From: Candidatus Levybacteria bacterium RIFCSPHIGHO2_01_FULL_40_16
Lineage (GTDB): Bacteria; Patescibacteriota; Microgenomatia; Levybacterales; UBA12049
Reading direction: 5' to 3'
DNA length: 53,788 bases
Assembly: GCA_001783805.1 (NCBI GenBank)
Contig: MFNS01000002.1
Location: 1 to 53,788 of the forward strand
This document shows, in pieces, positions 45,837 through 53,788 of the stretch. Position 1 is the first letter of the stretch. Each line of letters begins with the position of its first letter. The position numbers and the translations under genes are program-made. The notes beneath the pieces are model-generated. The model saw only the letters and a list, made by a program, of their open reading frames with translations. It ran no database searches and was not told the DNA's origin.

Positions 45837-46538
45837 ATGATCACTGTACATACGGTAGCTTATAATGAAAGCTTACTTATCCAGTTCATGATCGATCATT
45901 ACCGTAAGAGATTTCCGGGCTGTCGGATTATCGTGTACGATAATATGAGCACTGATAATACCGTTAAAATCGCTCTGGCCAATAATTGCGACGTTATCCC
46001 CTTTGATACGAACAATGAATTTCAAGACCGCCGGCATATGGAAATCAAAAATAATTGCTGGAAAGATGCAAAAACCGATTGGGTTTTAATGTGCGATCTG
46101 GATGAGTTGCTGGATATAAATGAAGTTGAGTTAAAAACGGAAGAAGGTTTCGGAACGTCAATGATCAGATGCGAGTTTTACGACATGATTAATATGGAAG
46201 ATAATTTGGATATTGCCGGCATGAAGTATGGGGAAAAAAGCCCACTACCTGGTAAGTTTTTGCTTTTTAACAAAAAGTTAATCAACGAAATAAATTACAC
46301 GCCAGGCGCTCACGGATGTAATCCAATGGGCACTGTTATATACAGCAACAAAGTATACAAGGCATATCATTACAATGCCATAAATGAGAATGTAACAATT
46401 GAGAAATTTAAGGACTACAGTGCGAGATTAAGTCCGGACAATATCAAGCATGGTTGGAGCCTTTTTGTTTTGTCTACGCCCGAACAAATCCGTGAGGAAT
46501 ATGTTGCCGGACGAAGCAAAGCAATAAAAGTACGCTGA
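45837..46538 (+). CDS. GT2-like glycosyltransferase
   Basis: VAYNE, YDNMSTD and MCDLDE; related to the N-terminal domain of 24344-25681. Confidence 0.8.
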   Translation: MITVHTVAYNESLLIQFMIDHYRKRFPGCRIIVYDNMSTDNTVKIALANNCDVIPFDTNNEFQDRRHMEIKNNCWKDAKTDWVLMCDLDELLDINEVELKTEEGFGTSMIRCEFYDMINMEDNLDIAGMKYGEKSPLPGKFLLFNKKLINEINYTPGAHGCNPMGTVIYSNKVYKAYHYNAINENVTIEKFKDYSARLSPDNIKHGWSLFVLSTPEQIREEYVAGRSKAIKVR

Positions 46539-47122
46539 TGAAAATTTTAATCGGAACACCAATTCACCAAGTTAAGGATTATTCCATGGAAAGGTGGCTT
46601 AAAAATGTCGCCAGACTCCAGAAGAAAACTCCGGCTGATTTATTTTTAATTGATAACTCCTCCGGACTTGACTATGTAGAAACAGTTAAGGGTTATTGCC
46701 AGAAATACGGCGTCAAAAATTACAAAATAAAACATTTGAATCTCGATCAAAAATTAAGCTCCGGCAGACGGATAAATATAGCGCAGGAAGCATTAAGACG
46801 AATAGCTATCGGCAAAGATTATGACGCTTGGTTTTCTTGGGAATGCGATCAAATCATACCAACCAATGCCCTGGATAAACTTATCAAGATAATGAAGTTA
46901 GGAAATTTCATGATGGTTGTACATAATTCTTGGGACAGGAAAATTCCCGCTGTCTTTAATTTCGATATGGGCTGCACCTTAATCACAAAAAAGTGCTTAA
47001 AATTAAAAAGAATTACCGACCTCTGGACAGAGGACTGGTTGGAGACACAAACTTTACAAAATGGAGGCAGTTTTGCCAATGTTCATGGAGCAATATGTCC
47101 GATTTATCATTTAAGAAAATAG
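46538..47122 (+). CDS. GT-A-like glycosyltransferase, KILIGTP family, copy 1
   Basis: MKILIGTPIH..KDY, DNS, SWECD and PIYHL. Confidence 0.7.
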   Translation: MKILIGTPIHQVKDYSMERWLKNVARLQKKTPADLFLIDNSSGLDYVETVKGYCQKYGVKNYKIKHLNLDQKLSSGRRINIAQEALRRIAIGKDYDAWFSWECDQIIPTNALDKLIKIMKLGNFMMVVHNSWDRKIPAVFNFDMGCTLITKKCLKLKRITDLWTEDWLETQTLQNGGSFANVHGAICPIYHLRK

Positions 47123-47125
47123 CCT

Positions 47126-47926
47126 ATGCAAATTGGAATAACAACAATACAACGTGACCGGGCACCTTGGATTAAGGAATGGATTGTCTTTCATTATCTG
47201 GTCGGGTTTAGAAAATTTTATATTTATCTACATAAGTGTTCCGATGATACCGAAAAGATTTTGAACAAACTAAAGCAGAAACTTGACATTGAAATTATGA
47301 TTGTGAACCCAAAATTAAAAACACCGCAACTTAAGAGCTACGAAGATGCATATACCAAATTCGGAGATGAAGTTGACTGGATGGCCTTCATTGATGGAGA
47401 TGAATTCCTCTTCCCCACAAAGGATAAATCAATGGAAATTGCGCTCAAAAAGTACTCGGACAAAAAACTTTCCGCTTTGGGCGTTTATTGGTCGTGTTTT
47501 GGCTCTAGCGGACACATAAAAGAACCGAAGGGTTTAATTATTGAAAATTATAAATACCGGGCAGAAGATAATTATTCAAACAACCGCCATATCAAAAGCA
47601 TTGTCCGCGGCGGACTTAAAAAGTTTACCCAGCCACCTGACAATCCCCATCTTTTCCAAACTCCGCAAGGCACTTTTGATGAAAATTTGCGGCCAATTAC
47701 TCAAGGCTGGACGGATTATAAACCCACTTACGAAAACTTCCGGATTAATCATTACATCACCCAGAGCCGCTCATTTTTCTTGAATTTTAAATCTAAAGTC
47801 AATCCCCCGGACGGCGCCTCAATGCGGGATGAAGCCTTCTGGAAAGAACACGATATAAACGATGTCCTAGATAATTCAATGGATAAGTTTATTAAACCTC
47901 TGAAAAAAATCTTAAAATCACTATAA
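47126..47926 (+). CDS. GT92/DUF23-like glycosyltransferase
   Basis: WIKEWIVFH, AFIDGDEFL, KSIV and INHYITQS. Confidence 0.82.
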   Translation: MQIGITTIQRDRAPWIKEWIVFHYLVGFRKFYIYLHKCSDDTEKILNKLKQKLDIEIMIVNPKLKTPQLKSYEDAYTKFGDEVDWMAFIDGDEFLFPTKDKSMEIALKKYSDKKLSALGVYWSCFGSSGHIKEPKGLIIENYKYRAEDNYSNNRHIKSIVRGGLKKFTQPPDNPHLFQTPQGTFDENLRPITQGWTDYKPTYENFRINHYITQSRSFFLNFKSKVNPPDGASMRDEAFWKEHDINDVLDNSMDKFIKPLKKILKSL

Positions 47927-48064
47927 TCAATCTTTTGACTGTATATTTTTGATTGCTTGACTATCGCCAACTTTATGCTTAAAATTACTTACAAAATTAA
48001 TGTCGCTAATTTATCCAAAACATCATCATGTCCGCGGCGGACGTGAATTTGCTAATATAGAGAT

Positions 48065-48751
48065 ATGATTCAAGTTAAGAACCCGGAGCCAAAAGAAAAC
48101 CTAATCTTCACCGCAAAAAAAACTGCCCCCTCCGGCAGATTCAAGGTTTTAATCGGCACGCCGATTCATGAGGTTAAAGACTATTGCATGGAAAAATGGA
48201 TTGCGAATGTGGCCAAATTACAGAAGAAAACTCCTGCAGATTTATTACTGGTAGACAACTCCCCTGACCTTAGTTATATAGAAAAAGTCAAAGGTTATTG
48301 CAAAAAATATAAAATTAAAAATTACAAGATTAAACATTTGGAAATCAATCAAAACCAGCCTGTGCCTGAAAGAATCGGCCGTTCTAGGGAAATAGTCAGG
48401 CAGGAAATTTTGGCCAATGATTATGGCGCCTGGTTTAGCTGGGAATCCGATCAAATTATTCCACCCAATGCTTTGGAAAAGTTAACCAAAATTATGGAGG
48501 CGGGAAACTATATGATGATTCATCCCAACACCTGGTCCAGAGTCTTTACGGGAGAACCGAACGTGAATTTCGGCGTCTGCCTAATTAAAAGGTGGTGTCT
48601 GGAAAAGTACGGCTTCTTACTTGAATTACCCGATATGCCCGACTGCTACGCTATGGTAGAGGCCTGGTTCAAGAAGAAAGTTCTCGCAGGCGGAGGTAAT
48701 TACATTGAAGTTTACGGACTGATTAAACCTATTTATCATTTAAACGCATGA
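48065..48751 (+). CDS. KILIGTP-family glycosyltransferase, copy 2
   Basis: KVLIGTPIHEVKDY, SWESD and PIYHL. Confidence 0.7.
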   Translation: MIQVKNPEPKENLIFTAKKTAPSGRFKVLIGTPIHEVKDYCMEKWIANVAKLQKKTPADLLLVDNSPDLSYIEKVKGYCKKYKIKNYKIKHLEINQNQPVPERIGRSREIVRQEILANDYGAWFSWESDQIIPPNALEKLTKIMEAGNYMMIHPNTWSRVFTGEPNVNFGVCLIKRWCLEKYGFLLELPDMPDCYAMVEAWFKKKVLAGGGNYIEVYGLIKPIYHLNA

Positions 48752-48821
48752 ATCCCTTTAGAAATAAAAAATCAGAGATTTTTGCCGACACGCCAAAGGC
48801 GAGTCGGATTTCTAACGGGAT
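48752..48821. mobile_element. MITE-like element, CCCGTTAGA/TCTAACGGG family
   Basis: ATCCCTTTAGAAAT...ATTTCTAACGGGAT (13/14), ATGA at both ends, internal hairpins. Confidence 0.7.
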
Positions 48822-49434
48822 GAGGGTCCTAATTGGCACACCGATACATGTCAGTAAAGATTATTCCATGGAAAGATGGCTGAAAAATGTAGCGGCAATG
48901 GAATATCCGGCCGATTTGCTGTTGGTTGATAACTCCCCCGGACTTGATTACGTAGAAAAAGTTAAGGGTTATTGCAAGAAATATAAAATAATGAATTATA
49001 CGCTGAAACACCTAGAGCTTCCCTCGGAACAAAAAGGAGATGAAAGGATAGCCCGTTCGCGGGAAATAATCCGGAAAGAAATTCTTTCTCACGACTATGA
49101 TTGCTGGTTTGACTGGGAGTCCGATCAGATTATACCGGCGGATGCCCTAGATAAGCTAGTTAAAATCATGGAAGCGGGAAACTGCATGATGATTGTCCAC
49201 AATAATGGAATTAGACAAATCCCGGGCGCAACCGGCTTTGACCTCGGCATTGCTTTAGTTAAAAGGGAGTGTCTGAAAAAATACAGTTTCATTCTTGAAT
49301 TCGGGACCGATCCTGATATGCCCGATAATTGGGATGCCGGCGACCAGTGGTATAAAAAACGGTTGCTCCGGGACGGAGGCAGCTATATTGACGCAATCGG
49401 AGTATTTGGTTTTATGTTTCATCTGGACAAATAA
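48820..49434 (+). CDS. KILIGTP-family glycosyltransferase, copy 3
   Basis: MRVLIGTPIH and DWESD. The ORF-track N-terminal extension (from 48748) is repeat-derived. Confidence 0.7.
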   Translation: MRVLIGTPIHVSKDYSMERWLKNVAAMEYPADLLLVDNSPGLDYVEKVKGYCKKYKIMNYTLKHLELPSEQKGDERIARSREIIRKEILSHDYDCWFDWESDQIIPADALDKLVKIMEAGNCMMIVHNNGIRQIPGATGFDLGIALVKRECLKKYSFILEFGTDPDMPDNWDAGDQWYKKRLLRDGGSYIDAIGVFGFMFHLDK

Positions 49435-49638
49435 CCATAAAAATTAACATAATTCATGCGGGTGAATTTTGATTATGGTATAGTTTTATCTAACAGGATG
49501 TTTGGAGAAATACATCCGGCTGCCCCAATGTTGTTTTTAAGACAAACCGATATTAATAAAGTATTATTAGTTTAGACAATTAAAAGTAAAGGAGAAAATT
49601 AAAGGTCTTTGGATTGTGGCCTTTTTTGACGTGATAAA

Positions 49639-50928
49639 ATGAAAATATTAATTGCGACGCCTGTTCACAAAATAAAAGATTATTGCATGGAGCGGTGGCT
49701 CAAGAATGTAGCCGAATTGCAGCCTGCCTATTCCGCTGACCTTTTGCTGGTTGATAATTCGCTTAACCTTGACTTTATGGAGAAGGTTAAGGGCTATTGC
49801 GGGAAATACAAAATCAAAAACTACAAAATTAAACATCTTGATCTTCCCCCAAACATAGAAAGGTATGAAAGAATGGCCCGCTCCCGGGAAATAATTAGGA
49901 ATGAGTTTCTCTCCAAGAATTATGATGCTTGGTTTAGTTGGGAGTCCGACATAATAATACCGACTGACACGCTAGGCAAACTGGTTAAATTCATGAAGAC
50001 GGGAGATTTTATGGTTATTGATCACAATTGTTGGATGAGGGGTTTTCCCGGCGCGTACTGCACCGACTTCGGCATTGCTTTAGTTGCCAGAAATGCCTTG
50101 GAAAAATACAGCTTCATTCTAGAGTTCGGAACCGATCCTGAAATGCCTAAGACTTATGAACCCAGCGAAGCTTGGTTTAAAGCGCGGGTTTTAAGAGACG
50201 GAGGCAACTGCATTGAGGTTGATAATTTAGTTACTCCGATAGCTCATTTGAATCCGATTGTCACCCAAAAAATGAAAGTCTTGATTGCGGCGCCAATTCA
50301 TGAATCCAAAGATTATTCTATGGACAGATGGCTGGAAAATGTCTCCCGGCAGGAACACCCTGCCGATTTGTTAATGGTTGATAATTCCGTCGGCACAGAA
50401 TATATGAGAAAGGTAGATATGTATTGCGCCAAACATGGAATTAACCCCGTTAGAAATCTCGGACAGAGTCCTATTTCTAACGGGGTAACCAACTACAAAA
50501 TCATTCATTTGGAATTGCCAATAGAGCAAGGGAAACATGAAAGAGTCGCCCGTTCCAGAGAAATAATCAGGCAATATTTTCTGAAACACGATTATGATGC
50601 TTGGTTTGTCTGGGAATGCGACCAGATTATTCCGGTCAATACTTTGGATAACTTAATTAAAATCATGCAACAGGAAAATTACATGATGGTTAATCCCAAT
50701 AAATGGGCCCGGGAAGACCCAACTATCCCCAATACCGATTTTGGAGTCTCTCTAATCAAAAGAGAGGCCTTGGGAAAACATAATTTCATTCTTGAATTCA
50801 ACGATCCTGAAACACCTGACACTTGGGAAACAGGAGAGAGCTGGTTCAAATCACAGGTTCTTAAAAACGGAGGCAGTTACATTGACGTTTATGGAATTAT
50901 TGACCCAATCTATCACTTAAATCAATGA
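49639..50928 (+). CDS. Tandem two-domain KILIGTP-family glycosyltransferase (copies 4 and 5)
   Basis: MKILIATPVH...PIAHL, then MKVLIAAPIH...PIYHL. Confidence 0.75.
   Translation: MKILIATPVHKIKDYCMERWLKNVAELQPAYSADLLLVDNSLNLDFMEKVKGYCGKYKIKNYKIKHLDLPPNIERYERMARSREIIRNEFLSKNYDAWFSWESDIIIPTDTLGKLVKFMKTGDFMVIDHNCWMRGFPGAYCTDFGIALVARNALEKYSFILEFGTDPEMPKTYEPSEAWFKARVLRDGGNCIEVDNLVTPIAHLNPIVTQKMKVLIAAPIHESKDYSMDRWLENVSRQEHPADLLMVDNSVGTEYMRKVDMYCAKHGINPVRNLGQSPISNGVTNYKIIHLELPIEQGKHERVARSREIIRQYFLKHDYDAWFVWECDQIIPVNTLDNLIKIMQQENYMMVNPNKWAREDPTIPNTDFGVSLIKREALGKHNFILEFNDPETPDTWETGESWFKSQVLKNGGSYIDVYGIIDPIYHLNQ
50444..50486. mobile_element. In-frame MITE-like insertion, CCCGTTAGA family
   Basis: Perfect 14-bp inverted repeat ACCCCGTTAGAAAT/ATTTCTAACGGGGT; adds INPVRNLGQSPISNG, which is absent from the paralogous domains. 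Confidence 0.75.
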
Positions 50929-51293
50929 ATCACGTTAGAGATTCAAGCCTTATCCCGTTAGAAATTCGCGGGATAAAAGATACAAATATGATTAACAATG
51001 ACAACAACAAGAGAGGAGATTTCTAACGGGACTTATGAAATATGTTTATGTTATACAAAGTTTAAAAAGCAACTATTGGTATACTGGCTTAACTAATGAT
51101 TTGCGGAAACGTTTTAATCAACACAATGAAGGAAAATCAACTTGGACAAAACCACGAGGACCGTGGGAATTAATATATTATGAAGCTTGTCTTGATGGGG
51201 ATGATGCGAAAGCGAGAGAAAAATATTTAAAAAGTGGTATGGGCAAACGTTATCTGAAAAATAGATTAAAACGTTTTCTATCTCTAACGTGAT
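50929..51293. mobile_element. GIY-YIG-encoding element with 14-bp terminal inverted repeats
   Basis: ATCACGTTAGAGAT (50929-50942)/ATCTCTAACGTGAT (51280-51293); a second inner pair at 50952-50965/51019-51032. Confidence 0.7.
51035..51292 (+). CDS. Small GIY-YIG nuclease
   Basis: YVYVI...YTGLTNDL..R..QH...TK..PW.LIYYE...A..RE..LK. Confidence 0.93.
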   Translation: MKYVYVIQSLKSNYWYTGLTNDLRKRFNQHNEGKSTWTKPRGPWELIYYEACLDGDDAKAREKYLKSGMGKRYLKNRLKRFLSLT

Positions 51294-51906
51294 GAAAATT
51301 TTAATGGGAACACCCGTACACGAGTGCAAAGATTACGCCATGGAAAGATGGCTTGAATCGGTATCGAAATTGGATTATCCTTTTGACCTATTGCTAGTGG
51401 ACAATTCCGAAAACCCCGGATATGTTAAAAAATTGCATGCGTATTGTAAAAAATACGAGATAACCAATTATAAATTGCTGCATGTTGACGTTGACAAAGA
51501 TACGATACTCGATGAGAGATTGGCCAAATCAAGAGAATTGATAAGGAGAGAGGTTTTGGACAAAAATTATGGAGCTTGGTTCTCTCTTGAATGCGATGTT
51601 ATCGCCCCGCCGGATGCGCTTTCCAAGCTGGTTAATTTAATTGAGGATAATTGGATGGTTAGCCATGCTTATCCTACCAGAGAAATTCCCAACGAAACCC
51701 ATGCGCAGCTTGGCATTTCCTTAATTAACCGGAAAGCGCTGACAGCACTTGGATTCATCAATGGATACGGCTACGTCAATCCCCTTTCGCCCAAAAGTTG
51801 GTACGGCTCTGACGTTTGGTTCATCAGGCGGATAGACACGGGCAATGCAGGCATACACATTAATGTTGATGGAATTATCAAGCCAATTTACCACTTAAGT
51901 CAGTAA
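51292..51906 (+). CDS. KILIGTP-family glycosyltransferase, copy 6
   Basis: MKILMGTPVH, SLECD and PIYHL. Confidence 0.7.
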   Translation: MKILMGTPVHECKDYAMERWLESVSKLDYPFDLLLVDNSENPGYVKKLHAYCKKYEITNYKLLHVDVDKDTILDERLAKSRELIRREVLDKNYGAWFSLECDVIAPPDALSKLVNLIEDNWMVSHAYPTREIPNETHAQLGISLINRKALTALGFINGYGYVNPLSPKSWYGSDVWFIRRIDTGNAGIHINVDGIIKPIYHLSQ

Positions 51907-51917
51907 TTTAATAAGTT

Positions 51918-53788
51918 ATGCTTAAATTTTATTACAGTAATTCCACCAACACAGCCACCCCAGGAAGCTGGCATGGAACTTGGAACGACAATGCTTCGGC
52001 TGTCACCAAATTGCTCGATACTGCTGCCAGCGGTACGGGTCCAAATGAACTCCCAATTACTGAAAACCAAAATTCTGCGGATTACAACGTTGCCATGGGA
52101 AGGTGGATTTCCGAAGCGCTGCCTACGGGAACCGTCTTTACCGCAGGCTCAACCACTTGGCAGTCTGTTGTGGGTGTGGGGGAAGATAACGCTGCTGCTG
52201 ATGAATTTGATAGATTCTACATTTGGATTTGGACGGGAAATGGCACCGGCGATTCATCTGCAGCTAATCTCGTTGCCAACGCAAATAACGCTACCGAATG
52301 GACAACGATTGTAGCCGGAAGACAGATGCTTAATTCCACTACCAATGCCATAGCCGATTCATACACTACTATTGCAGGAGACAGGCTAGTCGTAGAATTT
52401 GGTTATCATTCCACAAGTCAAGATACCACTACTTATACAGGCACGATGTGGTACGGGGGTGTGGGTGGAGATTTGGGCGTAAACGGCAACGAAACTAGCC
52501 TATCGGCATGGATACAATTTGATGGTGTTCCATCAGCCAGCCCATCTATATCGCCTTCTGCCAGTGCATCTATATCGCCATCCGCCAGTGAGTCCATCAG
52601 CCCCAGCGCTTCTCTATCGGTTAGTCCGTCAATCTCCCCTTCCGCCAGCGAGTCTATTTCGCCATCCGCCAGCGAGTCGATTTCGCCATCCGCCAGTATT
52701 TCTGCCAGTCCATCAATCAGTCCTTCCGCAAGTGAGTCGATTTCGCCGTCGGCCAGCGAATCAATATCGCCTTCGGCCAGTGAGTCGATATCGCCATCCG
52801 CCAGTGCGTCTATTTCGCCGTCTGCCAGTGAATCGATTTCACCGTCCGCCAGCGAGTCCATTTCACCGTCTGCCAGTGAATCGATTTCACCGTCGGCTAG
52901 TGAGTCTATAAGTCCTTCAGCCAGTGAGTCAATTTCACCATCCGCCAGCGTGTCAATTTCGCCGTCTGCCAGCGAGTCAATTTCACCTTCGGCCAGCGAA
53001 TCAATTTCACCATCTGCCAGTCCGTCAGCAGGTTCAGAATCTCCATCTGCCAGTGAATCAATTTCGCCGTCAGCCAGTGAGTCTATTTCTCCTTCCGCCA
53101 GTATTTCTGCCAGTCCATCAATCAGCCCTTCCGCAAGTGAGTCGATTTCGCCTTCTGCCAGCGCTTCAATTTCACCATCCGCCAGTGAGTCGATATCGCC
53201 TTCGGCCAGCGCTTCAATTTCGCCGTCTGCCAGCGAATCGATTTCACCGTCCGCCAGTATTTCAGTTAGCCCATCGATCTCTCCGTCTGCCAGCGAATCG
53301 ATTAGTCCGTCTGCAAGTGCATCCATCTCTCCATCTGCTAGCGAGTCGATTAGTCCTTCTGCCAGTGAGTCAAGGTCACCTTCAATCAGTCCGTCAGCCA
53401 GTGAATCAATATCTCCATCCGCTAGTGCTTCCATCTCCCCTTCAGCCAGCGAGTCCATTTCACCGTCTGCCAGTGAGTCCATAAGTCCCAGCGCTTCTCT
53501 ATCAGTCAGTCCATCAATTTCGCCTTCTGCTAGCGCCTCCATCTCTCCATCTGCAAGTGAGTCGATATCTCCATCAGCAAGTGTGTCTATTTCTCCGTCT
53601 GCCAGCGCATCGATTTCGCCGTCAGCCAGTATTTCTGTCAGTCCGTCAATCAGTCCGTCGGCCAGCGCTTCAATTTCACCTTCAGCCAGCGAGTCGATCA
53701 GTCCTTCCGCCAGCGAATCAATTTCACCTTCCGCCAGCGAGTCAATCTCTCCATCCGCCAGCGCTTCAATTTCACCTTCTGCAAGCGA
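51918..53788 (+). CDS. Serine-rich repeat protein, partial (more than 620 aa, open at the window end; missed by the ORF track)
   Basis: My translation from ATG 51918 has no stop: about 204 aa of unique Trp/Thr/Gly-rich domain, then (SASESISP)n from about 52530. Confidence 0.9.
   Translation, partial: MLKFYYSNSTNTATPGSWHGTWNDNASAVTKLLDTAASGTGPNELPITENQNSADYNVAMGRWISEALPTGTVFTAGSTTWQSVVGVGEDNAAADEFDRFYIWIWTGNGTGDSSAANLVANANNATEWTTIVAGRQMLNSTTNAIADSYTTIAGDRLVVEFGYHSTSQDTTTYTGTMWYGGVGGDLGVNGNETSLSAWIQFDGVPSASPSISPSASASISPSASESISPSASLSVSPSISPSASESISPSASESISPSASISASPSISPSASESISPSASESISPSASESISPSASASISPSASESISPSASESISPSASESISPSASESISPSASESISPSASVSISPSASESISPSASESISPSASPSAGSESPSASESISPSASESISPSASISASPSISPSASESISPSASASISPSASESISPSASASISPSASESISPSASISVSPSISPSASESISPSASASISPSASESISPSASESRSPSISPSASESISPSASASISPSASESISPSASESISPSASLSVSPSISPSASASISPSASESISPSASVSISPSASASISPSASISVSPSISPSASASISPSASESISPSASESISPSASESISPSASASISPSAS

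Larger units (their letters stand above)
23580..53788. other. Glycan synthesis/modification island (partial; right end not in window)
   Basis: About 30 contiguous GT, methyltransferase and NDP-sugar genes starting one base after tRNA-Trp; no housekeeping genes. Confidence 0.75.

Noticed and set aside
52433-53542. 369-aa minus-strand ORF of LADGEIDS repeats, and the plus-strand Arg/Pro/His-rich ORFs 52519-52911 and 52924-53484
   Set aside because: These are shadow frames of the Ser-rich repeat gene. The frame from 51918 has a unique N-terminal domain, is co-oriented with the operon and shows third-position variation.
52530-53788. 24-nt periodic repeat as a possible CRISPR array
   Set aside because: There are no unique spacers, the variation is at synonymous positions of a coding repeat, and no cas genes are present.
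23580-53788. Prophage call for the island
   Set aside because: No integrase, terminase, capsid or portal gene is in the window. It remains possible only if such genes lie downstream.

Overview
Chromosomal window that looks like a Patescibacteria/CPR (Microgenomates-like) genome. This placement is inference from the very short 16S V1 helix, leaderless-type promoters, cohesin/dockerin surface proteins and characteristic in-frame repeat peptides. The genetic code is standard (TGA is stop, tRNA-Trp CCA is present). 1-23.6 kb is backbone: 16S 5' end and leader, SpoU methyltransferase, topA, dprA, mrdA-mreD-mreC-mreB, an O-antigen-ligase/TPR protein, def-fmt, rpmB, a four-helix-bundle gene, an M50 protease, a dockerin/cohesin pair, and a tRNA-Thr/Tyr/Thr-rpmG-tRNA-Trp cluster. 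23.6-53.8 kb is a glycosyltransferase/methyltransferase island that abuts tRNA-Trp and ends in a Ser-rich repeat protein running off the window edge. Most striking observations: (1) an intact tRNA-Thr(UGU) nested inside the anticodon loop of a second, fully base-paired tRNA-Thr(UGU); (2) a GIY-YIG nuclease gene bracketed by 14-bp terminal inverted repeats, plus three short gene-less copies of the same repeat family, two at ATGA stop/start junctions (like the nuclease element itself) and one in frame inside a gene; (3) a four-helix-bundle gene flanked by inverted heptamer arrays, with 'empty' versions between genes and in frame inside housekeeping genes; (4) a RAYT-type HUH transposase domain lacking its catalytic Tyr and fused to a TM helix and SH3 domain; (5) a protease cassette flanked by a 22-bp duplication of the mreB 3' end. 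All calls are by eye from motifs; no database searches were run.
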